A stretch of DNA of 64,000 bases from Geosiphon pyriformis uo1 (taxonomy: Eukaryota > Fungi > Glomeromycota). The DNA lies in contig JAAOMT010000436.1 of NCBI GenBank assembly GCA_016748015.1, positions 1,879,511 through 1,943,510 on the forward strand. The letters run 5' to 3'. Every line of letters starts with the position of its first letter. The first letter of the stretch is position 1. The notes below the pieces were generated by a model that worked only from the letters and a program-made list of their open reading frames with translations, did not search any database and was not told the DNA's origin. Both the position numbers and the translations under genes were made by a program. Below are positions 38,818-51,200 of this stretch, piece by piece.

Positions 38818-39069
38818 AAAATTAAAGAGACAAAGAGTTTTTGTTAAATTTTTTTTTATTAATATAAATAAAATAATATTTAAAACTTTTTTATTCTTTG
38901 TTTTAATTATAATTATTAAAATAAAATAAAAGAAATGTTTTATTAAAATTTATAATAATTTTACCAAAAATTTAATTATTTTTTTTAATATTATTTAATA
39001 TCAAATTTGTTTTTAATATTATTATTAATAAAATCTCTTAAAATTTTAAATATATACCTTTTTTTATTT

Positions 39070-42000
39070 TATTTTTATGATTATAATCAGAACAAAAAAT
39101 AAAAAAGTTTCAATTATTATTTTTTCTATATTAATTAATAAAATTTTAATAAAAAAAAGTTTTTTTATTATTAAAACAGCTAAACAAAATGTTTTGGCCA
39201 TATTTTTTTTAAATATTAATAGTAAAAAGCTGTTTTTAATAACTTTTAAAACATTTTTTTATCTTTAACTAGTGGTTTTTTTCTAGTTAAAGTTTTTTTC
39301 AAAATACATTTAAATTAGTCTTAATATTGTTTTTATTTTTTTTAAAAGTCTCAAAGTTTTTAACAATAGACCAATTAAGCTAGTTTTTTTGTTTTTATTA
39401 TTAATACTATTTTACAAATAGCCAAAAAAGCCAAAGAATTAAAAAAACAGCAGTAATTCCTTGTATTTGTTATTATTATACTAAACTTTTTTGTAATTTT
39501 AGATAAAATTTTAGATAAAATTTCTTTAATACCAACCAGTTTTTTTTAATATATGTAATAATAACAATAATATATTTCTTAAGATAAGTTAAGATTAATA
39601 ACTAACTATATTATCAAATATAATGTTTTTTAACAGTTTATTATTATTAGTTTTAAAAATAAAACAACTTATTAAATCACTTAATTTTAAGAATTGAATT
39701 AATTAAATAAAAATTAAAATAATCTTTTTTCTTTTGTTTTTTAATGTTGTTTTTAATTTATTTTTTTTTTACATTTATTGAGTGAAGTCCAAACACTACC
39801 TAATACTATACATCAAATAATTGATCTAAATTAGGCATAAATCATGCACTTTCTACACGTGACTAGCCACTCAGACCAATCAGAACAACACTATGCACCT
39901 ATATGAACAGAAACCACATCTAAAGCACCTGAAACAAACAAATTAAATTTACGCAAACCAAACCTAATACCCAATGCATCGTCAATACCCAACAACCTGA
40001 CAACCCCAGCTGAATACAGAGAAGACAGACCAGAAACAGCAACTGGCATAGAACCATCTCAAGGAATTAACCCATGTTTCTCCATAAATGCACAATGCTT
40101 GACACGGACCAACCAAATCTCATCTCTAAAAGCTAGGCAAAAATCATGGACAAAGTCCACAATTTTTGCACCAGCAAGTTTCAGATCACCAAAAACAGAA
40201 ACCGCCTCAAAAACCAATCATTAAAAACAAAGTCTTTGCATAGAGCAACACAGACTGAAGCATCAAAAACGCATGAAGAAAGAGTTTGCAGCACGTGAGA
40301 AGAAGGGCTATGAAAGCCAAAAATACCTTTCCATTTAACTGCAAAATCACCAAGCAGCCAATCACGACTAGCAGAGTCAGAATCACAGGAAAAGACATGG
40401 TCTGAGGCCTCTACACATCCACAATACAAGCAAACCACACTAGGGTAACTTCTGTTATAAAGGCATTTGTGAACAGCCACAGGCAGTCTACGATGCAGAG
40501 CTTTTATAAAATACGTGCGCAAACCAGCAGTCCATATACTGGTGAAGCCAGCAGCCATGTGTGAATTAGGATGCCAAACAGAAGAAGACCTGCGCCAATT
40601 GATATCAGTGAGCAATTTGCCAGTGACAACTCTAGCACCTGAACCGAAACCCCAACGCAAACGGTGAATGGACCAAAAAATGTCATGCATAAAATGTCTA
40701 GAATTACCCAAAACAGAACTACCACCAGCCAGAATAAACTGCTCATTCAGCCGGAGGGAAAGAACAAAGTCAGAAAGAGCTGCATGGCCAGCCTGTTCAT
40801 CAGCTCAGTCATTACCTATAACACCAGAATGTTCTTTAGCCTTACACAGCTGATATCCAACCTCTTAGCATGAACAAAATTAGCAATATGATAACACTCT
40901 ACCCAACAACTATTCCGAAAATCTGGATGTGCCAAACCCAATTCTAACCTGCAGGTGTTCAATGCGGCCTGACTATCCAAAAATAAGCAAACTTTGCTAA
41001 CCACAGAAACACACTCAAGAGCAAGTGCAATAGCTTGCAATTTTGCCAAAGTAGATGACAACAAATCCGAAACTCTAACACCCAAACTCATATTAATATT
41101 ATCAAAGAAAACCACCATGCCCAATTTAACACTAAGAGTACCCAAACCAGCCAAGGATCCATTGGTATAAACTGAAAGGCTATCAGCATCTAATCTCAAC
41201 AAACGATTACAAACCAAATCAAAATCAGTGGATTCCAAGACATTAAAAGCAAAAAAAATGCCCACCGAACAGTCAAGAACAGAAGAAGATGACTCTGCAC
41301 TACCAAGATAACCAATGGAAACACTAAACCAATCAGGAATAAGGCCACGCGGGTCCAGCCTTTTCCAACATTTGAAAGTCTTCCAATCAAAAGCACTACC
41401 ATTACGCTGACACAATTGTTCCACAAAAGCAATTCCATACTACCAAAGTGAGGGGAGACACTTAGAATATTTCATCTTTCTAAGAACCAAAGACATGGAA
41501 GTACCATGGGAGAATCAGAATGCACTGGAGCCGAGACTACTAAAAGATAAGCTGCAATCGGAAAAAATACGAACCACACCCACCAGAAAATTGTTCAAAA
41601 GATTCAAAACTAAATAAGCCGGGGAGACCAAAGGGTGCACAGGATGCCAGCTCAGAGTCTGTAAATCATAAGATCTATGGAGAAACAAACAACTCAGAAT
41701 CCCAACAGCATTGGCAAAACACACCACAGATGCTGATTTACTCTCAGCCTGAATCTGTTCAAAAGTTTTTAAGCCGTAAAGGGAGGGGTGATAAAGAGCA
41801 TCATTGAAGAAGTCTGAAGGAAGACCCACTTTGGATTTGAAGCCTTTATGAATCAAAGCATCCTATTTACAGCAAACACTAAGTGAAACAAAACTAAACT
41901 GTGTTCTATAACTGACAATGGGATGAAAAACCACTGAAACCAAATATGAGAACTGCTTATCAGAGATGGCTTTCTTCAGGACAAAATTGGTAAAAAACCA

Positions 42001-45000
42001 GACATCTGAATGCGCTTTGGCCAAACTGGGCTTTGACAAACCACGCGTAGACAGAAAAATGCCCAAATACTGGTGAGGTTCCCCTTTCTTGGCAATAGAA
42101 ATAAGTGCACCACTGATTGTCAGAAAGGGGCTTACAACTCTACAGTTAATAAGAATTGCTACTGTTTTATCATTGTTTATAAAAATATTATTAATTCTAA
42201 AAAATTCACTAGCAACATTAAGAATATGTTGTGTTGCAGTCTGACTGCTGCCGACTTAAATTGTATCATCCACAAAAGCACCAGCAGCAAAGAAAGAGGA
42301 AAAACCAGCCTAAGGTTCAACATGGCCAGTCTTAGCAACAAAATGAGAATTCAACCTATATCCACAAAATTCTTCTTGTCTCTTGATTTCACACAAAAGA
42401 GAATTATAAAATATATGCCAGAGAAAAGGTGAGAACACTTTCTCTTGATTGAGACCATCATGGACTTGATAACCATCAGTTAAGCCAAAGTCAGTCATTA
42501 CTCTGTTGACCCAGTTATTGTGAATGCCTCCAAAAAATTGAATGAACCTGCTACACATTTTAATTCTAATCAGACTCTTTTTTAAATGCTCCCAGCCTAC
42601 AGAATCATAGGCCTTCTTTATGTCCTGTAACACCAGCCAAAGCTCACGGTTCTTCTCCAGAGTATTCTCAACTACAGAGCCAACAGCAAAGATAGGAGAC
42701 TGTGTTGTCATACCCTTCAAAACCAAAAAATTGTCCCTGCAGAGAATGTTGTGAGTACTGCATGCTAAAGAAATTCTGTCCAAGAGGATCTTTAAAAGAA
42801 TCTTATGAGTGGTTTCAATTAAAGCAATGGGTCAGGTGTTCGTAAGAACTCTCTCCCACTCATAAGGCTTGGGGATCATAGACACCCAGGCTTCTTTCCA
42901 AGGACCAGAAACTGACTTATGGAGCAAACAAGAGTTCAAGAGCACCAACAACATATTTAGAACCGATTTGTCACAATGCTTCTAAAGCTCGTTTGAAATA
43001 CCAGACAAACCAGCAGCCTTATTATTTGGCAAGTCTGAAACAATACCAAGCAACTCAACAGAACTAATAGGGTCTATTATTCTTGAAAATGTATCATCAA
43101 ATATGTACTCCAAGGGTTGGTACTGGCAATACCAATCAGCAGAGATATCAGTGACCAACTCACGTTTTCTGGTCCAGTCTTCCATGATAACATCCACCTT
43201 AGATTTAACTAAATTAGGATTCAAAACCAGTTCATTATTGACAACCAAGTGATCCAATACTACTTTGTGAAAGGGGTGCTCTAGCACACTCCTAATTGTA
43301 TGACCCTTATCCACCTCAAAACTTTCTATCTTCCTACTAACTGCTGATCTAATATGAGATTCTTCAGCATGCTTTGACTCGGACAATTTAGAGAAACAAT
43401 ACAACTTCCTGATTCTGAACAAGACAGATCTTATGACCTCAAAATACAACCCTGAGAGAAAAAGAGACTTCACCACAGAAGCATTTGTAGCATCCAACGA
43501 GTTTCACATACTCAGCAATGCAACAAATTCCTTAGAGAAAACCAAACGTGATGCTTTAACTAGTTTAGACCCCAAAAGTTCTAACTTGTAAAACTTAGAA
43601 GATTCCTTAGTAAACACATTATCATAATCTTTGAACCATTTCTTTTTGAAAACATCAGTCACTGATAAGCACACAACTTTGCAGATGATGTCTCACATAG
43701 CATTCAGATCCAGAAACAATAGAGTAGTATTGAACTTACACTTAAATATTGCCATGGTGGCAGCAGAAGATTCCTTGAATGCAGCCCATTTGGCAGCCAT
43801 AGCATCCTTAAAATTGAACTTCCAATGATTCTTATTCGCTTGTTTGCAAAGGGACATCAAATTAACATCCAAAAGACTGCCCAGGCCCACAGAAACATTA
43901 ACAGTCCTATGATCAGTATCAAAATATTCATCAACTCTGGTTACACTACGATCTAAAATTGCGTTGACCAAGCTCGAAGATACAAACACGTAATCAATAG
44001 TCTTGGTCACCCCTCAAGAATTGGTCCAAGTTGTATTCTTTCCAAACAAGCTCCCTCCCAAGGCATTGACCAAACCCAAATCAAAACATTTCCTGAAACT
44101 TGCACACCTGTAAGAGCCATCTTCATTGAAATCACTGCCCAATATCACGAAAAAGGACTCATTAATCACCTTAGCAATCAAAGAATTTACCTTGTCCACT
44201 TGTGAGAAGCACACAGATACTAAAACACCAGCATACAAACCCAGAATTGACACTGAAAGCTTATTTTTGAAAAACAGCTTAACAGACAAAAGACGACTGA
44301 GCATCTCAAAAACTTTACATACATGTTTTGCCAAAGTGATGTTCATAATAATCACCACACCAGAACCAAGATAACCAGAATCCAAACTAGAAATGAAGAC
44401 CCGAACACCATCGAATTTATTAACAATCCAAGACCAAACCTTATCTTTTAACTTTGTCTTAGTAACAATTGAAACCAAATTGTTCATATCTCTGTGCCAA
44501 CATATAATGTTCTCTTGCTTTGCTAAATTGTTCATTTCCCTGACATTACATGTGGCTATTTTCCATACTAAATCATTCATTGAGATACAGAAGAGACCAC
44601 AGAACCTGAGCCAGCACACATCTGATCTAACTTCTCTAATACCGAACAAACTGAAGCTTTGAGAGCCATCAACTTTGACTCCAAGCAGCCTACTTTTGAA
44701 GTCAAAATCTTTGAACTACTCAAGCTCAAACTTGAGGCACCAGAGGAAACCGAAGAAGAAAAAAGAACCGCAGACTCAGGTTCATCCAAAACCATGTCCG
44801 AACCAAATTTCATATTAACCAAACCAGGGACAACCAAGGGCTGAAAGGAGAAGGCAAGAGCCAAAGGCACTAGGTTTAAACTGTCAAGTTTGTCAATAAT
44901 ACCAGACACCTTATCCATGAGAAGTTCCAAAGAGCGCTCCAAAGAGACAAGACAAGCTTTCAAAATTGAACTAACAGGATCTGCAGGAGATAAGTGACCA

Positions 45001-48000
45001 ATCACACCTGAGGCACCAGAAGAAGAGCCAAAACCAGGACCAGAACCAAAGTGAGGACCATGAAATGAAGATACCAAAGAGACAACCTGGGCTCATGATT
45101 TGCCGCCAAATGCAGCCAGTTTGGAAATAGGCACACTCTTTTTTGCATACAGCTTGGCCAACTGGAGGTGATTCTCATCAGAAACAATTCTCTTAAATGA
45201 CTTGAAAAGAGTAGGAGAGGTTGAGGTTTCAGCATTACACTCTAGAACAGAATGATTAAGTTTCCCATACTGTTCGCACCAAACCATGTCCAATCTAGCC
45301 CAAGACAGTCTTACCCCACCAAAAATAGGCTCCGTATGAAATGCAGACTCCAAATCCTCATCATTTTCAAAACAAACCACAGCACAACAAACCTTATTAC
45401 CAATGTCTAAGGATTGATTTATGATACAAGTTTTCCCACCAGCTCTTGCCAGAAAATTGCCAAGATCATGAGCCATTGTTTTCATTGGCAAAGTAAACAA
45501 AAGCACCCTATACCAATCTCTAGATGCCCATGTCTCATGATCCTTTACAGCTTTGGCCATGTGCACTGAATCTTTCCCAATTAAGAATGACCACCTAGCT
45601 GCCAACTGATCTGCCTGACTCAATTTGGCAAACTCCACTACAGCCTTCTGCCACAGCCCAATAAGTTGCAATCGGATTGACACTACTTGACCAAACTCAG
45701 ATACTGTGATGATGATTATTTCCTTTGGCGTATCTATAGGAATTTCTTTAATGACTACAACTCAATCTAAGCAAATTCCTTGTCTTTTAAGATCACTGTT
45801 TACTATGATGTTATTTTCTCTGGCCAATGATGTGGCCTTTTCCATGCTTTCTGATGAAGTAAACATTAATTTGATGATCTCCTCAAACTTTAAAGGGGTG
45901 GTGGCCCCCCCAAAACCATTGATTGTTAAAAACAACTTTCTGATAACTTAAGTCTTGGCCGTAGCCAATTTCCCCACCACAGCAGATAGATTGATGTTCA
46001 AAGCAAACAACTTTTTTATAGCAACTTTCACCTGAGACTTAACAATTTTGGAGTCCAAATACACCCTTTCTAAAGAGAAAAACAAATGGGGAGGAAGAAA
46101 AACTTCCTCCTTATCATCTATGTTATAACTAATAGAGCCAATAGGGGAACTGATAGCTGCACCAGTATTGAAACACTTTGCATTGGGCATATTCATTTGG
46201 GAGTCAGATGCGCCATCACCATCAGAGACTTTTCCATCCATATTCATGCTAGCAAACTGCCCGTCCATACAAACAGACCCACTATCTTTGAGATTTTTAT
46301 CTGCACTTAAGAGTTTGATATCACTGAGAGACTTTTTGACATTTTGAATTAAACCTCCACCAACTGAACTAGTGGACAAGACTCTGGCTGACCTTCTCTT
46401 AACACTAAGACCACTCATAGTGGCAGCTGGTCCAACAACAAAAGGATTTATTTCTTGTGAAATAGTGGAAGACAGTATGCAAAAACAGAAAAAACTTCTT
46501 TTAAAATTTTAGACTCTTTTTTAGGAATTTGGGATGAAGAAGAGAAAGAGTTTTTTAAGTTTGTTTTTATTAATATCTAAAAAAAAATTTTCAGTTATTA
46601 AAGATTTTTAAAATAAGTGATTTTTATTTTAGTGCTTGATATTATATTTAAGATTAAATTAATTTTAATTAATGCTTTGTTTTATTTGTTGTCTGGTTTT
46701 ATTAAATTTAAATTAGTTTCAAAAAACAATATTAAATTGTTTTGTATAAATTTTGTTTTTAAAGCTTTTTTAGTTATAACTGTTAAAGTTTTTATAGTGG
46801 TTTTTTTTTTAATTATTTTTAAAATTGTAAAATTTTCTGCAATAACTCTTGATTTCTTTCTACTTTTATTGTACTTTATAATATTTTTTAACATATTTTC
46901 TAATAATATTAAAAATATTTTTGATGTTTTTGGTGTAGTTATTTTAGTAAAATTAAAGTTTGTTGGTTTATAATAATATACTGTTATTTTTTTTAAAACC
47001 TTTTTCTCTATTGTTGTTGCTTTTAATAATTAATTTATGTTAATTAAAAAAATAATATTTGTATTTTTTTTTGTAATTATTTTAATTATATTGTTTTTAA
47101 AATTAATAATATAATTTTTTAATTGGTAATTGTACTTGTTTTATTCTTTGTTTTTTTAATTCTTATTGTTATTAATACTTTGTTGTTATAATATTTAATT
47201 CTTATAAATTTTTGGATTTTGTTATAATTAAAACTAATACTTTATACAAATATCACATTTAATAAAAATTTTTTAAATATTATTACTATTATAAATATTA
47301 AGATTTAAACTATTGTTTGTTAACTGTAAAATGTTTTTATTTTTTTTAAAATTGTTTTTTAAGTTTGTTGTTAATTTTTAGTCTTTGGTATTATTTTTTA
47401 TTAATAATAAAATTTATGTTATAGCTTCTGTTTTTTTGGTTTTTTTTGTGCTATTTTTTTGGTTGTTCTTATTATTAATTTTGTTATTAAGTTTAGATTG
47501 AATTTCTTGGAATTTCAAATCTTATGTTTGATTATTTTAATAAAATTTTTTATTAAGTCTATTAATTTTTTGGTTGTTTTAGTTATTATTTTTTTGAATA
47601 AAAATACAAATTAAAAACTTTAATTAAAAAAAATTTGCTTTTTATAAAGAGTGCTGCTAATATTTTTGCTAATTTTCTGGTTGATATTTCCAAAAATATT
47701 GTATATTTTAGGTCTAAAATAGATTTTAGTAGCATAAACTATAATAAAATACTGGCTTATAAGTTTTTTTTTGAATGAAAACATTATTAAATACATAATT
47801 ATTTTATAATATATGTTAAATCTTAATATTAAAGTAATATTAAAGCAATTATATTGTTTTTAGTAAGTTTATTTTTTATTCTTAAAATTTAAATAATATT
47901 ATTAAAAAAATTAGTAAGTTGGATTTATTTTTAGTTTTTTAATTTAATATAATATTATTTTAACTAATCTAAATATTTAATTATACTTAGTTTAAATTAA

Positions 48001-48050
48001 TTAGTTTAATATATAATACTAAGTTGTAATTATACAAATAATATTATCTT
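39070..48050 (+). mobile_element. Eroded ORF1-only element, split by LINE B (39070-39758 plus 46551-48050)
   Basis: ORF 39077 MIIIRTKNKK...IKTAKQNVL parallels MTMIKTKSKK...VKATRQNVL. ORF 46617 KLVSKNNIKLFCINF parallels KSVSKDNVKLFCVEF. Confidence 0.75.
39760..46550 (-). mobile_element. Full-length LINE B, inactivated
   Basis: ORF1 46418-44577, ORF2 44580-39891 with the same motifs as LINE A, tail and poly(A). Imperfect TSD of about 20 bp (TTTTTTAA..TTGTTTTTA). Confidence 0.95.
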
Positions 48051-48229
48051 AAAATATATTAAAATATATTAAAAAAAATAATAAAAAATAATAAAAATAA
48101 ATAAATGTTTTAGACAAATAATTAAAATAATTATTAAAAAAAACAAAATAATTGTATATTAAAAAAACTTAATTTAATAAAATAAAAATTTACAATACAA
48201 AATAAATTTACAAAACAATATTTGGAAAA

Positions 48230-51200
48230 CTTCTTTCTTTCCTTCGTTTCAAATTCCTAAAAAAGAGTCATAAGTTTTTTTGAAAAAAGTTTTTTAATCA
48301 TTCAGTATGATAAAACCAAACTATTTTTTGACTTCGAGACCACTGTTGGCCTTAGTATAGCTATCATAGAAAAAATTGTGAAAAATTCTGGTCCTGGTGG
48401 GGGTTTCAAATCTGTCCTGTCAAAAAAAAAGAGAAAAAGCATTGCTTTGGATGAAAGTGTTGGTGTGGGAGTGGTTTCTACTAAACTGTCTAACATTCAT
48501 TCATGGAGGTCTGAGACTGGCAATACTACCAAGTCTGAGAGTATTGACATAAAAGAAGAATGTCTGGTGGAAGAAACCAGCTTTGATTATGGTGAAAATA
48601 GTGCACTTGCTAATATAGATCCTAATCAAATGCCAAAGAGTTCTAAGATCAAGACCAAAAAGCATTGAACAAACCTTTGGGGATAATCAACTATGCAGCT
48701 GGCAGTGGGGATGATGATGTTTTGAATGAGTCTGCTCTCTTTCCACCCCCTCTTCCAATCAAGCCATCTGTTCAAATTTCTGTGCACAAATCTTTTGCTT
48801 TAGATATTGATCTCATTTCCATTGCTGGGAAATCTTCTCAGGAAAAATTGGGTTTAATTAGGAAAGTTTTCTCTGATGTGAATGGTTTTGGGGGGGCCTC
48901 TACTTCCTCAAAATTTGGTGGAATTATCCATGCTACTTTTACATCTGAGAAAGCGATGATGGCCACAGCCAATCTAGCTAATGATCATGGTATTGTGGTA
49001 AACACTGATCTCAAGCACCCAGTTAACAATCATACAAATCAGGCTATTGTTTTGAAAGAGATTCTTGTGGGTACTTCTGTGGAGACTGTGTAAGCTGCGG
49101 TGTCTGTTTTTGAGAAAATTAAGGTGATCAAAATGCAATTGGTAGGTTTGTAGTAGAAAGCGATCATCAAATTGGAAGATCAGGATCAAGCTGATCTGTT
49201 GGCTTCCAAATGGTTCATTCTTATCGAGAAAGATGCGATGCAAATGGCCAGGGCTGATATTGACAAACAATTGTGGAATGTTAAAGATAGTTATAGGGCT
49301 TTGTTATATACTCTCCCCATGGAAACTACTGCTCATAATCTATAAGATTTCATTGGATCTATTGGTGGAAAAACTTGTTTTATCGATTGTAATCCTGCCA
49401 GTTATTCTCATGCTTGTTGTGCCACTGTGTGCTTTAGTTCTGAGATGGAATTGGTTAACGCGATAACAGCAACCCCAGTTATAAAAGGTGTTGGTTTTTG
49501 TTGGTCTCATCTCTTTTTGGCTTCATGTGTGGTTTGCAGGAATTTTGGTCATATATCTTTCAGTTGTAAGTCAGTAAAAGATGCTGTAATTCCAGGTGGT
49601 AGAAGGGCTCCTCTTCCAGTCCAGGACTAGCTCAGATTGGAAAGAATTTATGCAAAAAAATCTGCACACATTTTTCACCCTTTGGCTTTTGGTGGTAAGA
49701 CTTGGGCATCTGTGGTTGGTGCTCCTTTCACTCTATCTCTGTCTAATCATGGGTTATGTGCTGATTCCATTGGCAATAGTAAACTTTTCCCTTCTATTAT
49801 GATTGAATTGGAGAAATGTCTGGTCAATATTAAAAGTAGTCTCATCAGCTTCGCAGGACAAATTAGTGAGTTGGCTATAAGGTTGAATTCATTCGTGCCA
49901 GCAGTTTCCCAGCTTAGCCCTGGATGTCAGCTGCCAGTGACCTTTCCATCACAGAATCAAGGGGAGAATATAGTGATGAGAATGGGTTTGGGTGGTACCA
50001 CTGGTGATGAGACTGCGACAGTTGCAGTTGTAGACCCTTCTGCATCCCTCCATGTTATTAGGTTGGAAAAAATGTTGGAAGGACTCTCCAAATCTGTCTT
50101 GAGCTTATCTGTCTACTTCAATGGTTCGGCTTTAGCAGGTGGTGTATCTTTACAAATCTCTTCTCAATGAGTAAGCTGATCTGGAAAGTAGCCACGTGCA
50201 ATGTGCATGGGATGAACAATCTTGCTAAACAGGATGACATTGTTTGCTGGCACAAAGAAACAAACAATTTGATTTCAATTTTTACAGAAACAAAGTTAAA
50301 AGAGAAGATTTGTCTTTGGATTGCAAATAAGTTTGAAAGTGTTTGGGTGTTCACTTTTGGTTTAGATTCTGGTTATTTAGGTGTAGGCGTTGCTATTGTT
50401 ATAGATGCTTTTTTGGCTTGTTATGTGTGCAAAGTTTTTGAGGTTTCTGGTCGGCTTCTTTCAATTAAGCTGCTTTTCAAGAATAAACTTTCAGTTTCTG
50501 TTTTGGGTCTCTATACTGGTGTCTCTTCAAATGTCCAATTTTCTCAGACTGGTGATATCAATTCCTTGGTTGCTAAGACTGTGAATGAGTCATCTTTTGT
50601 CATCTTGGGTAGTGACTTCAATGAGAATAGTACTTATAAATGTGCCAGTTTTAGGAGGTGTTTTGATCTGGGTCTAGTTAATTCTTTGGGTGGGAGTTTG
50701 CTAGCTAAGACACCAACATGGAACAACTCTTGCGGTGTTGCTAAGATTATTGACTATGTGTTTGTCTCTTCAAATTTGATCAATGCTGTGGTAGATCGAG
50801 GCATGACTGGTGTTAAGGACTTCTTTGATACTGATCACAAGGCTGTTTCTGTTTCTATGGGTTTGGAGGGCTTACTTAATGTTCAGCTGAATTTGAAGCA
50901 CAAGCAGGCAAATAGAGACCATTGGAAATTTGATGTTAGTAATGTGAGTAGTGCTAAATGGCATAAGTTTACAGATTCAATAGCAGCCAATACTGTCTTG
51001 TTTTCGGATACATTTTCTTTAGCCTGGAAGTTTTCAGATTTGGATGCAATGTGAGATGTTGTTTGCAAGATTGTGGTTCTATTGGCTGGTGGGACTTTCA
51101 AAAAAAAATGGTTCAAAGGTTTTGATAGTGTATTTACTAAGGAGTCTTCTAAGTTTTATAAGCTGGAGCTGCTGGTTTTCAAGCTGGTAAAAGCTTTTCA

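Larger units (their letters stand above)
26733..38837 (-). mobile_element. ORF1-only (HAL1-like) non-autonomous retroelement, about 2.28 kb once the Gypsy insert is removed
   Basis: 5' end CTCTTTGTCTCT at 38837, one ORF, LINE-type tail at 26746-26863, poly(A), TSD TTTTTGTTAAA (26712 and 38838). No ORF2 sequence. Confidence 0.85.
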
